In this document: positions 49,282 through 64,000 of the stretch, in pieces
Position numbering within the stretch: the first letter of the stretch is position 1
Layout: the number at the start of each line of letters is the position of its first letter
DNA from: the human T2T-CHM13v2.0 reference genome, Homo sapiens
DNA length: 64,000 bases
Reading direction: 5' to 3' (one strand)
Assembly (NCBI RefSeq): GCF_009914755.1
Contig: NC_060934.1
Made by a program: the position numbers and the translations under genes
Notes under the pieces: model-generated
What the model saw: the letters and a program-made list of their open reading frames with translations, nothing else
The model's database searches: none
Told to the model about the DNA's origin: nothing

Positions 49282-50462
49282 GTAAGACCTATACCACTTC
49301 TGCCCTGTTTACCTTTTCATTACCCATAGGCATCTAGGTGAAATGTACTCTTTGGGGATGAAATTAATTCCAAGGTCATCTGTCTTTTTCGCGGGATCCA
49401 TAGTGAGGCAAAGCTTGGTTGGAATGGGGTGAAACAAATTTTAGCTTTTCATCTTCATTTGAGCATTAATGTATAGAGGCTTCTTCCTAGGTTAAGTATT
49501 AGCTTTCATGACTAAGATGTATATCTTATGTCCGCACATCTTGCCATCTAAGGGTCACAGAAGAGAGCTAAGTTTCTTGATGTAAAACAATATTTTAAAT
49601 CTGTAAATATTGTTTTTAAATTGATTGATGACTTTAAACAATGGATCAGTGAGCTTAGAGTTTATATAAACTTGATATCAAAAAACTAATGTCTCTCTTG
49701 CAGGCATTTTTTCAGGGGGTGGGGCCTAGACAGTGTTTAAATAGCAATTGAATTAATTGCCATCAATTCAGTGGCAACTAATGACACATAATTATTTGAA
49801 CTTTCAAACTTTATTGAAAAATCAAAATGTCTGGCAATCGCAAACCTACGTTCAGGCAGAGCAATGTCAGCTGGGCCTCAGTAGCAGTGGCTCCTTTAGA
49901 CCATGTGCTCGGCACAATCCTTCCTGGGCAAATGTTATAAATCATGGCTCTTTCCCCACCAGAATGCTGTTTTAGGAGCACAGCACTAGGTCTAGGAAAT
50001 CAACATTTAATTTATTATATCTAATGTGAGATGGTATAAGGCAAGATTTTTTTAAAAAATTAATTGCTTAATCTTATATTAGAAAATCAAGCTACAGACA
50101 CCTTGCACCTAATTAATTAGAACCTGCCTTCCGACCTTACTACTGCAATGTCTGAATTTAATTTTCATGGGTCCTGGAAAGGTTTTTCTAGCTCTCAAAG
50201 TAACTCCACTAAAATGCAGATAGTGACCTTCTACATTCTTGGCTAACATCCCACTCAAGTGTGGTCCATGGAGATGAGGCACTAAAAGAAAAAGCTGGAT
50301 GGCATGGGGGTGACATGTTCAACCTGGCATCTGTGTGCTCTCTACCTGGCCAGATTAGTCACGACAGTCTCCTCCCTCAGCCCTCCTTTCTTCCCATGTT
50401 CTCTGACATCCTTCTCCCCTCAGTCTTCGGTTAGTGGCAGTATTCTTCAGAACATCATGTGA

Positions 50463-50666
<204 letters not shown>

Positions 50667-50815
50667 TAGTAAATGGCATCAAGTTGAGCTCCAGGATCGA
50701 ATTGTATTAGAGGGATTTGATCATAGGCTTTAATCACAAGCATTGATATATACGGGCCATGTAGACTTCCTTTGGACAAAAGGCTCATTTTTCCTCTTTG
50801 TTTTTTTCCTCATAG

Positions 50816-50932
<117 letters not shown>

Positions 50933-51339
50933 TAAATATGCCCATCTCATATATTACTTAATTGGATGATATCTTAATGAATATAACTTTAAGATGTCTG
51001 GGTCTCACGGAGGCGCCACAAGCCCAGAATAAGGTAGTACAGACCATTTTATGACAAGGAAACAGATAGTGATGAGAGTAGTAAAATACTGACTTTTACT
51101 TTCACCTACCAATTGTCAGTGTAATTAATTCATTCATATATCTATGCCAGAAAATCTGATTATCATTCTACTAGTGGCTTTAGGGTCTCCAAATAAACAC
51201 ATGTTGATAAGCTGACTTTAACATCATATCTAGTTTCTAGCACAACATTATATCATTAAAAAATCAGTTTCTGATTTTAGAGTCCCATGAAGTTCCTGTC
51301 TCCAATTGGTTTACATTTCGATTTTTTTGTGTCTTTCAG

Positions 51340-51395
51340 AATCCATCATCCATAGCTTCATTCCTGAGTAGCATTACCTACAGCTGGTATGACAG
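51340..51395 (+). CDS. ABCC2: ABCC2 exon 6 (56 nt): NPSSIASFLSSITYSWYD(S)
   Basis: tctttcag|AAT ... ACAG|gtagga; ABCC lasso (L0) motif ASFLS.IT.SW. Confidence 0.96.
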
Positions 51396-51464
51396 GTAGG
51401 AAAGCCTGGAGTATGGATTGGCTGTATCCTTACTCTCTCACTCCTCTGAAAGTGTCAGAAAGAT

Positions 51465-51767
<303 letters not shown>

Positions 51768-52059
51768 GAAAGATTAATTTTTTAAAAATGCCTCCTGTGA
51801 CCTCCATTTCTCTTCTACTTAGAGTCAGAGAGTGTTAAAACTTACAGACCAACTTAATCCAAGCCCTCCATTGGGCAGATTGGGATGCTGAGGAGAAGAT
51901 GGAGGGGGATTTGTTTTTGGTAGCCTAGGGGTCCCACAGGAGAAAAGAAAGGAGGCAGTAGGACAGGAAAGGAAAAATTTGGAGGCAGGTTTGGAGGGTA
52001 AGGGGTGAAATAGCTGGCTTGGGCTACCAGAGGATCTGGAGCAGGCACCCTTGGCCTTT

Positions 52060-52741
<682 letters not shown>

Positions 52742-52783
52742 CTAGATTTCAGTTAGATGCTATTACAAATAACAATATAATTT

Positions 52784-53660
<877 letters not shown>

Positions 53661-53949
53661 CCAAAAACAAAGATGCCACAGGGGCTGCTTTATTTCTTGA
53701 GGGCATCAAGGAGGCCCCCAAGGAGATGCCAGAGTGGCAGAGAGGCAGCCAGTGTTTGAGGAGGAAGGAGCAAGAGCAGGGTAAGGTGATGCTCTTTTAG
53801 CTGTCTTCCCCTTCTCTTGTCTTCTAACACATTCTTTTGCCCCCACCCATTCCTTTTGCTGCTCTCCCCACTCCTCTGTCAAGTTCAAAGGGCCAGGAGA
53901 TGGGGATAGTCCCATTCTTCTGTCCCTCTATCCCAGAACCTGGAGGTAG

Positions 53950-54270
<321 letters not shown>

Positions 54271-54569
54271 TGAGTGTCTGTGTGAGCGCGCTGCATGTTT
54301 CAGGCAAGGGTACATCAGCATCATGGCGATTCTGTCCTTACATTTTTATAGCACTTCATACTTCTCAGTGCACTTCATATTATTAATGGTATTCACAATA
54401 CTGATACTACCTTAGTGATGGATACATGGCGTGTAATGTACTGTTCTCTTTCCTTTGGGGTACTTTTGAAATTTTCCAGAATGAAACGTGGTTTTGAAAA
54501 AAATAATACCTTAGCATTTCTAGATTTTGCACCTTGGTACAAATTAGCATAAGCAGGCAATTTGTTGAT

Positions 54570-55290
54570 TCATTCACTTGAAAATATTTATTGAGCACAA
54601 CTGTGTGTCAGTGACCATTCTGGGCACTAAAAGATTGCTCATCTTTTGTGAGCTAGAAAATATGTAGTAAGCCCATACATAGGTTACTCTTTGAAAGTAA
54701 TAATAGCTATTAAGAAAATAAAACAATAGTGTATTTGGAGTGAAGTGCGACTTGAGACAGGGTAACAGGGGAAGCTTCTCAGAGGAGATGACATCTGAAC
54801 AGACACTCAAATGATGAGATCAGGCCCTCTGAGGGACAGTCAGAGGGAAGTGTGTTCCAGTCAGAAGGAGCAGGCATGCGAGGCTGAGAGGGGAACACAT
54901 TTGGCTTGCTCAGGGAATGGCAAGAAGATCCAGGACAGGGTGCGCATGGGGTGAGATGGGCTCAAGGAAGTGGACAGGGATTAAGCTATGTGGACCCCTG
55001 TGGGCCACAATAAGGAATCTGGACTTTGTCTGAAGTCTGATTGCCAGCGGAAGATTTTGAGCAGAGGAGTAATGAGACTGGATTCATGCTGTGAAAAGCT
55101 TACTTGGGCGGCTCCCCAGAGGATGGATCGTTGTGGGCAAGAATGGAAGCTAGAAGGGAGGCCAGGGCAGTTGTCCTGGCAAGGGAGACCCATCAGATGG
55201 GACCTCAGTGAAAGACATTGTGAGAGAGTATCACTGGTAGGCTGAGAAGCTGGAATTTGGGGCAAGATGAGACTCAGGAGGACATAATGA
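54570..55290 (-). mobile_element. L2 fragment
   Basis: cattcacttgaaaatatttattgagcac is the reverse complement of the L2 3' end; gattttgagcagaggagt motif. Confidence 0.7.
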
Positions 55291-55338
55291 GGAGGCCAAA
55301 GCATAGACAGAGGCTGGTGACTGAGTCGTAATGCCCCA

Positions 55339-55767
55339 TGTATTAGTTTCCTAGGGCTGCCATGATAGAGTACCACAACTGGATAGCTTAAAACAGAAAT
55401 GTACTGTCCCCAGCTCAGGAGGCCAGAAGGCTGAAGTCAAGATATCAGACTCGCTCCCGCTGAAACCTGGAGGGGAAAATCCTCTCTTCCACCTTCTAGT
55501 GTTCCCCAGCAATGCTTGGCATTCCTTAACTTCTGGATGCATCACTCTGACCTCTGCCTCCACCATCACAGGACCATCTTCTCTCTGTGTCTGTCTCTTC
55601 TCTTCTTGTAAAGATATCAATCATACTGCATTAGGGCCCCAGTGACCTCATCTTAATTTGGTTACATCTGCAAAGACCTTCTTTCGAAATAAGGCACATT
55701 TTAAGGTATTGGGGGTTAGGGCTTCAACATAGCTTTTGGGGGTGGGGATACAATTCAACCCATAACA
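55339..55767 (-). mobile_element. MLT1C-like solo LTR
   Basis: tgtattagtttcctagggctgcc ... caattcaacccataaca termini. Confidence 0.85.
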
Positions 55768-56133
55768 TCTCACAGCAACCATGAAAAGAACAAGCATGAA
55801 AAGTACAGAAAGGACCTCTCAGCATCATGCCCAGGCCCTTCACTCTCAGGACTGCCCCTCAGGCCCCCACGCAGATGGGTCTCTCTTTTTACATGGGACT
55901 CTTACCAGCTTAGTTTCCTGGTTTTCTAATCTAAAATAGATTACAAGTATCAGTTAGGAGCGGGAGAGTGGAACAGTGAAGGCAGCTAGAAGGGCAGAAG
56001 CAACTAGGCCAGGGAGAGATGATCAAAACCTGTACAGAGAAGGCCACGGGGCTCACAGGCTGACCACCCTGGAGCTGCTCAGGCCAGTAACAGACATAAC
56101 TCTGTGGACACTGTTGTTTGGTTTTGTACCTAG

Positions 56134-56298
<165 letters not shown>

Positions 56299-56846
56299 TG
56301 AGTCTCCAGGCCTCAGATGGTCCTTTCAGGGCCTCCTCTGCCACCCTCCTTTTTGCCACTGTGTATGCAAGCAGGAGCTTTTCTTAAATTCCCATTTTTT
56401 AAAAATGCTCGTAATTTTCTTCCACCTTAACCTTACAGCATTGTGTTCATGAAGACCGCAGGCAGTTTTCAAGATGTATGATGATATGTACTTTAGCCTC
56501 TCTCTTTTCCATGTCTGTCTCCTCATAGGGGGCCGGGTAATTGTTAGGGGCTGTTTCTTGTTAAACTGCTAAGGGCTGAGCCAGGTCCAAGTGGCGGGTA
56601 GCATACCCCTGGAGAGTAACTGACTTCATCTCTCCATCGCAGCCTTCCACGGGAGGTTCAGGTTAATCTTGACAAGACTTCACAATCTGTCATGACCTGT
56701 GGAGTGAACCACCTGCAGGGAAAGACAGGGCCAAAGCATTGCAGTGACAGCTAGGTGGAGCATTTCTGTCATTATCCATTCTCACAGCCATGGGTTATCA
56801 ACCCTAAGCTCTTGCTGCTCATCTCCAAGTAAAAGCCAGAACGCCA

Positions 56847-57143
56847 GGCTGGACATGGTGGCTCATGACTGTAATCTCAGCAGTTTGGGAGATTGAGGCA
56901 GGAAGATTGTTTCAGGCCAGGAGTTAGAAACCAGGCTGGTCAACATAACGAGACCCCATCTCTACAAAAGAAAATAGTTAGCTAGATGCGATGGCGTATG
57001 CCTGTAGACCCAGCTATTTAGGAGGCTGAGGTGGGAGGATCACCTAAGCCCAGGAGTTCGAGGCTTAATGAACTATGATCCTGCCACTGCACTCCAGCCT
57101 GGGCAACAGAGTGAGACCCTGTATCAAAAACAAAACAAAACAG
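56847..57143 (+). mobile_element. AluJ element
   Basis: Alu dimer with J diagnostics. Confidence 0.88.
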
Positions 57144-57312
57144 AAAGGACACTGGTAAAACTGTAGACTTAGGTCTTTCAAAGGCTTTGGACAATTCTGG
57201 TCACTTTTGTTACCTACAGTGTAAAGATAGTGTAGTCTAGCTGGCTGTGCATGAGGAGAGAGGCATCCTTGGAGGCCTTATGGGTATAACTAACTTGGCT
57301 TTTCTCTGGCAG

Positions 57313-57490
57313 ATTGCTGATCTCCTTTGCAAGTGACCGTGACACATATTTGTGGATTGGATATCTCTGTGCAATCCTCTTATTCACTGCGGCTCTCATT
57401 CAGTCTTTCTGCCTTCAGTGTTATTTCCAACTGTGCTTCAAGCTGGGTGTAAAAGTACGGACAGCTATCATGGCTTCTGTATATAAGAAG
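57313..57490 (+). CDS. ABCC2: ABCC2 exon 9 (178 nt): [10 protein letters not shown]...IMASVYKK
   Basis: ctggcag|A ... AAG|gtaagc; TMD1. Confidence 0.97.
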
Positions 57491-58073
57491 GTAAGCAGAA
57501 TACGGCAGGTATCACCAAAGAAAATCCCCTCAGTAAATATGAGCATTGATTCCAAGGTTGAGGAAAATGTGATGGAAATGGTAACTTATCTCAACACTTA
57601 ATGTTGACTGGCCATACAGCCTCCTTTAGATGTTTCTTTGGAAATTAGATTTTGAGAAGTGTGTTCACAGACAATGGGTGGAGAGGCCAGGAGGGAAAAC
57701 GTACTCCCCAGGGAGAAGCCTGCAAGCTGTTCTGGTGCTCAGGATCCACCTTGCAGCCCTGAAGGCTTGGCTACCCATCCATCTCTTCCTGCCTCTCTTG
57801 ACAAGGTGAAATGCCTTGGAAAAGAATATAAGGTCAGAAAAGAAGCTGGTGAAGGGTCAAACTCTTAAAACCACCAACATTTAACTCAAATACTTAATGA
57901 AATCCAGCTCAGAGACCTGGTGTATCCATCTCAAATTGCAGTCTTGCCGGAGCTCCACCTCCCCAGACCAAATTTCACCTAGCAACTTCTTTTTCTAACC
58001 TTTAGTGCTAACCTAAACCTCCTCTGTCTGACTTCTTTTTTCAGTTTGTAAATACATTCATGCTGATTACTGA

Positions 58074-58462
<389 letters not shown>

Positions 58463-59884
58463 GATACATTGTTTTTAATGGTTAACTTTCTCAAGGAAAC
58501 TGTATGTTCCTCATGTCCTCCATACCAAGATGAAGTCCCATTTTGTTCCTTAAGAAATGAAAATACAGTAGTTATGATCAGTGACTACAGGCTTGAGGAG
58601 AAAATTCATCCAGGAGGAGATAGGTTCCAATCTTTTTATAAGTTGGAACACTAGTTGACTTTCTTCCTTTTTTTCTTCCATCACTGGAAAGTTCCATCAT
58701 AGTAACTTCTCTATTACAGTTCCTACTTTTCTCCTTTGCTTTCCTCTCTAGAAACACCACTGTGTCTTTGTCTTCCCTGAGTAGATGTTGGTTCGTTGAG
58801 AGACAGTGGCAGATAATCCAAGTGTCTTTAAATCAGAAGTCTAGTCAAGTCCTTTGAACTCCCAGATACCCCCCAACTGGAATTTGCCTTCCTCCAGTTG
58901 ATTTTTAAAATCTCCTTATTTCTTCTGGAGATACTGAGTTTCTGCTGGTTTACAAGTTATGAGGTCACTAACCAGCCTGTCTCAGCCATTGCTAGTAAAG
59001 TACACTTCTACAATTTTTTCATAATTGTGATTATTCATTCGCACTATTTTGGTTCTTAATATTCCAGGTTTTGCAACTATTACAATTAATAAAGAGATTT
59101 ATAAAATAGAACCCTCAATGACACTTTTATTCAAATAAATATCGCTATTAGAAGAGTGGAAGAAAATTACTAATTTATATGTTTAGACAATGCTTCACTA
59201 CTTATGAAACATTTTTTACATTCATTATCAATTCACAGGGCTATTGCCCTGTGAAATAAGTACATTATACCTATTTTACAGAGAAAAATCAGGCTTAGAT
59301 AATTTCAATGCCTGCAAACACATAGCCAGGAGTTGTCCCCAGACAAGGGCTACTGGGACTGTATTTATTGAAAATAGAAATATATAGTGATTACCTTGAA
59401 GGGCAATTAGATGTTGTTAGTTGTTGTTTTTTTTTTTTCCCCTCTTCCATACCAAAGGGAAGGCATAGCAGTGGGTTGATTCCTCTAGAACCTTGGTGGT
59501 CTAACATTTTAGAAAACTTTCTTCTTTTTACTGTACAGCCAAGAATCCTAATATGTTCCAAAGAATGTATTGGTGGATTAAGATGACAGTAATGCTTCTA
59601 GGAGGAGATGGAAGTAGTATGGGCCACTTGTAGCCTGTACACTGTCTTTGTGGGAATTACAAGGTGGCTCTCCTTCTTCTGGAAAGATGCAGTCTACTCC
59701 AGATGGTGCCTTGGTGGCATAGTGCAAGTTGGTTTCAGTGCTGTGGTACATTTGTGCAAGGCATTGTTGTAAGTGACAGACCTGTGGCTATCAGCCTCCT
59801 GACCTCTCTAACATGAGAACAGGAAGCCCATACTACAAGATCAGGCATCTAGATAGTGCCTGAAAAATCCTGACACGAAAGTCT

Positions 59885-60288
<404 letters not shown>

Positions 60289-60944
60289 TAAGAGTATGAC
60301 TCCAAATAACATTGCCACATCAAAAGCCTCTGAGGTCAAAATCAATACATGCTGGTTCCCTCCTTCCCTTCTCCCTTTCCTCCTTCCCTTCCTCCCTCTC
60401 TCCTTCCATCCATCCATCCCTCCTTTTCTTCCATCCCTCAGTATTTGATTCTCTACTATGTGCCACATAATATAGTAGTGAAATAGACAGATGTTGCCCT
60501 CATCCTCACAGAGTTTACATCTAGTGGAGAAACAGAAAAAAACAAAGTAATTATGGTTCATTGTGATGAATGTAATGACAAAGGTAAGCTCAGGATATTA
60601 TGAGAGTACACAGGACGAATATCTAACCCCAACTTGGTAGTCACGGTGGTTTTCTTATAAGAAGTTACATCTCAGCTGACACCAAAGGATAAATAGGAGT
60701 TTTCTGGGCAAAGAAGTGTGTGGATGGGTAGAGTTGGAGGAAGGTGGGAATAAGAGGAAAGAGTGGTCAAGAATGAGAGAATACCATGTGTAAGATTTGG
60801 AGGCAAGAAGTCACAGTGCCTTGGAGAAGCTGTGTCCATATGGAGCACATCCTTCCATTGTAATCTCACTTCCTGAGCTTCCTCTTCTACTCCCTAGTAT
60901 CCTTGGCTTTGTCCATGGGTCCTAATTTCAATCCTTATCTTTAG

Positions 60945-61226
<282 letters not shown>

Positions 61227-62013
61227 TAAGCTTTCTTTAAAGTGTAAACCCTTTTTCTTACTCTACTCTAATTCTTAATGGGAGTTTGGGCAAGGCAAAG
61301 CTGGTGGAAGACTTTCTACCATCTCAATTGTACTTAGCTGTCTCTGAGTTCCCTTTTCATCTTCTGATGACTCTTAGGGTTTATATATACTCCTCTGCAT
61401 TCATGTTAGAGGGAAGAGCCTGACTGGGGAAGGAAGGGCTACCCCAGAGATGCTGCACATAATTCTTCCATCTTGCTCTGCTGGGCTGCCCTAAGAACAG
61501 GGATTTGGGGCCCTGCTTCTCCATTATGGCAATCTAAACCAACCACAGAGAGCAGTCGCATGAGTGATCCAAATTTCAGCCTGAGCCTTGGCAATCACCC
61601 CGCTACCACCAGGTGGGAGGGCTCCGTGTGGACAGTGTCCTCAGTCCTGCCAGAAGTCACAGGTTGGGTGGGTGGACTTGACAGTGTATATGATTTATTC
61701 ACTCATTTGTTTTGCATTCAAGTTACAAATAATTGTTTTGAAAATATTTCTTACATATCTTACTTCTCTGAGAACACAGCAGTGAGTTAGGGCTCCTGTT
61801 CTCATGGATCTTACATTCTACCTGGTAGGGTGGTGGAGAGACAGGCAATACACAAAGAAGAAAAATATCAGATCATGATAAGTATTATACAGAGAATTCA
61901 ACAGGGTGATGAGATAGTGAGTGAGTGGGTGGTTATTTTCAATGAGTTCAGGGAAGGCCTCTTGGGGAGTGGACATTTAAGCTGAACTCTGAATGATACA
62001 AGCCTGACTGTAA

Positions 62014-62382
<369 letters not shown>

Positions 62383-62987
62383 TGAGCGTAGGTGGCTCTC
62401 TGTGGGTAAGGACAGAAGCAGTGGCTCTCTTGGCCTTTGCAAACCCTGGTAGAGGTGATGGATTCCTGCTTCTGGGCCGGTTGTGTCACATGACTTTTGT
62501 TTCATGTCCTCCTGTCCCTCTCAGGTCCTCCGTTGAACCCCAATTTCTATTTATTCACCCTAAATAGCTTGTTTTGTTTTGACACTTTACTGTAGAAGTG
62601 TTTAAACATGTAGAAAAGTAGAGACTATCATGAACCCCTACAAACTTTTCACCCAGCTCCAGGAATTATCAGCATGACCTAACTAGTTTCATCTATAAAC
62701 CCACACCCCTCACACTTGCTAGATTATTTTAAAGCAAATCTCAGAGATCTTGTCATTTCATTCATAAATGCTGTGTATGTAGCTCTAAAAGAAGGATTTA
62801 TTTTAAAAATATAGCCACAATACCAGTATCATACCTACAAAAAAAATTAACATTCTTTGATACCATCAAAGTTCTCCAGTTGCCTCATATGTGCCTTTTG
62901 TTTGTTTTGCTGTTGGTTAGATTGAATAAGGACCCAAAAAATGTCCATGCATGATATTTAATTGATAGTGATTTTAATCTACTACAG

Positions 62988-63002
62988 TCTCTCTCTCTCT
63001 GT

Positions 63003-63046
<44 letters not shown>
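62988..63046. repeat. (TC)n(TG)20 compound microsatellite in ABCC2 intron 11
   Basis: Seen directly. Confidence 0.93.
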
Positions 63047-63047
<1 letters not shown>

Positions 63048-63279
63048 TTGGTCATTCCAAAAAAACTAGGTTATTTGTCCTATTTCCTGTATTTCCTGTA
63101 AATTGATAGTTAGATCTAAAGGTTTGATTGATTTATATTTGATTTGGGGGTGGGAGTACAAGGTTGCTTTCAAGTGGTGCTGTGTGCTTCCCAAACTGCA
63201 GCGATGGTAACTTGAGCGGGCCCAGGTGCTGTCAGCCTGATCCATCCCTTACAAGGTTTCCTGCTAGTCTTTCACTAGA

Positions 63280-63463
63280 GCAGTGGTTTGTGATGCTGGC
63301 AGCACATTAGAATCACCTGAGAAATTTGAAGTTTGTAAAACCCACTGAGGCTGGGGGCCTACTTCAAACCATTGAAATTGGACTCTGGGAGTGAGGCCCA
63401 GACATGTGTATTTTTTTAAGTTCCCTAGATGATTCTAATATGCCACCAAGGTGAAAAACACTA
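63280..63463. mobile_element. MER5-type hAT MITE
   Basis: cagtggttt...cacattagaatcacctg...gatgattctaatatg...aaacact palindromic structure. Confidence 0.75.
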
Positions 63464-64000
63464 TTGTAAGAATTTTATGATCATTGCCTAGGTCTGTTAT
63501 TTCATTAGGAATTGCAAAAGAGTGAAATTTTTAAATTCTGTTATTCCCTTGACATTGATTAGCTGGAATTTTATGAAGAAGAATTATCTTTCATCAACTT
63601 GTTGGTTACCCTAAAATGAAGTTTGTATGGGATAGACAGAAAAAATGCTTGCTTCTTTCCCTCTATTTGCCAGCTTTCATGATAATGCATTTCATCCTCC
63701 AGAGGTGACCAATAAGTTCTTTTAACTAAATATTGTTTTGAATTAATACATCTTAACATTATCCTAAACTTCTTAAAAATGAAACAGAGCCCCCTTTTAA
63801 CTCCTTGTTAATTCTCCACACAGAGCTCTGACATGTCCTTCTGTGAATGTGGCAAAACTAAAAGAGAGAGCTGGTTTTGAATCTCAGCTCTACCACTGGG
63901 TAGCTTAACTTGCCAAAAGTTTGGCAAGGTTCCCTTGCCTCTCTCAACTTGTTTCCTTATAGTTTAAATGAAGATAATAACTCTACAAATGTAAGGTGAC

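Overview
This is human genomic DNA, recognised from protein sequence as the 10q24 CUTC-ABCC2 locus. It holds the last six coding exons and 3' UTR of CUTC (+, to ~13.1 kb) and a ~26-kb repeat-dense intergenic interval. It then holds the promoter, 5' leader and coding exons 1-11 (codons 1-510) of ABCC2/MRP2 (+, ATG at 39767), and the gene continues past the window. All 17 exons were placed on AG/GT boundaries and splice in frame. ABCC2 intron 2 carries a disabled, antisense, intronless NANOG retrocopy (NANOGP6). About 9 kb upstream of ABCC2 is a 5'-truncated human-specific L1 (pre-Ta diagnostics) whose ORF2 C-terminal 648 codons are uninterrupted and in frame with host-derived ATGs. The rest is Alu, L1M, L2, MIR, MaLR/ERVL LTR and DNA-transposon debris, which explains nearly all short ORFs in the track. 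I found no convincing new multi-gene system. The best leads are the host-ATG/L1-ORF2 fusion frame, a candidate 5'-UTR intron that would remove all seven ABCC2 uATGs, and the ancestral state preserved in the NANOG retrocopy. Repeat subfamily names and variant identities come from recalled consensus sequences, not a search, and repeat boundaries are approximate.
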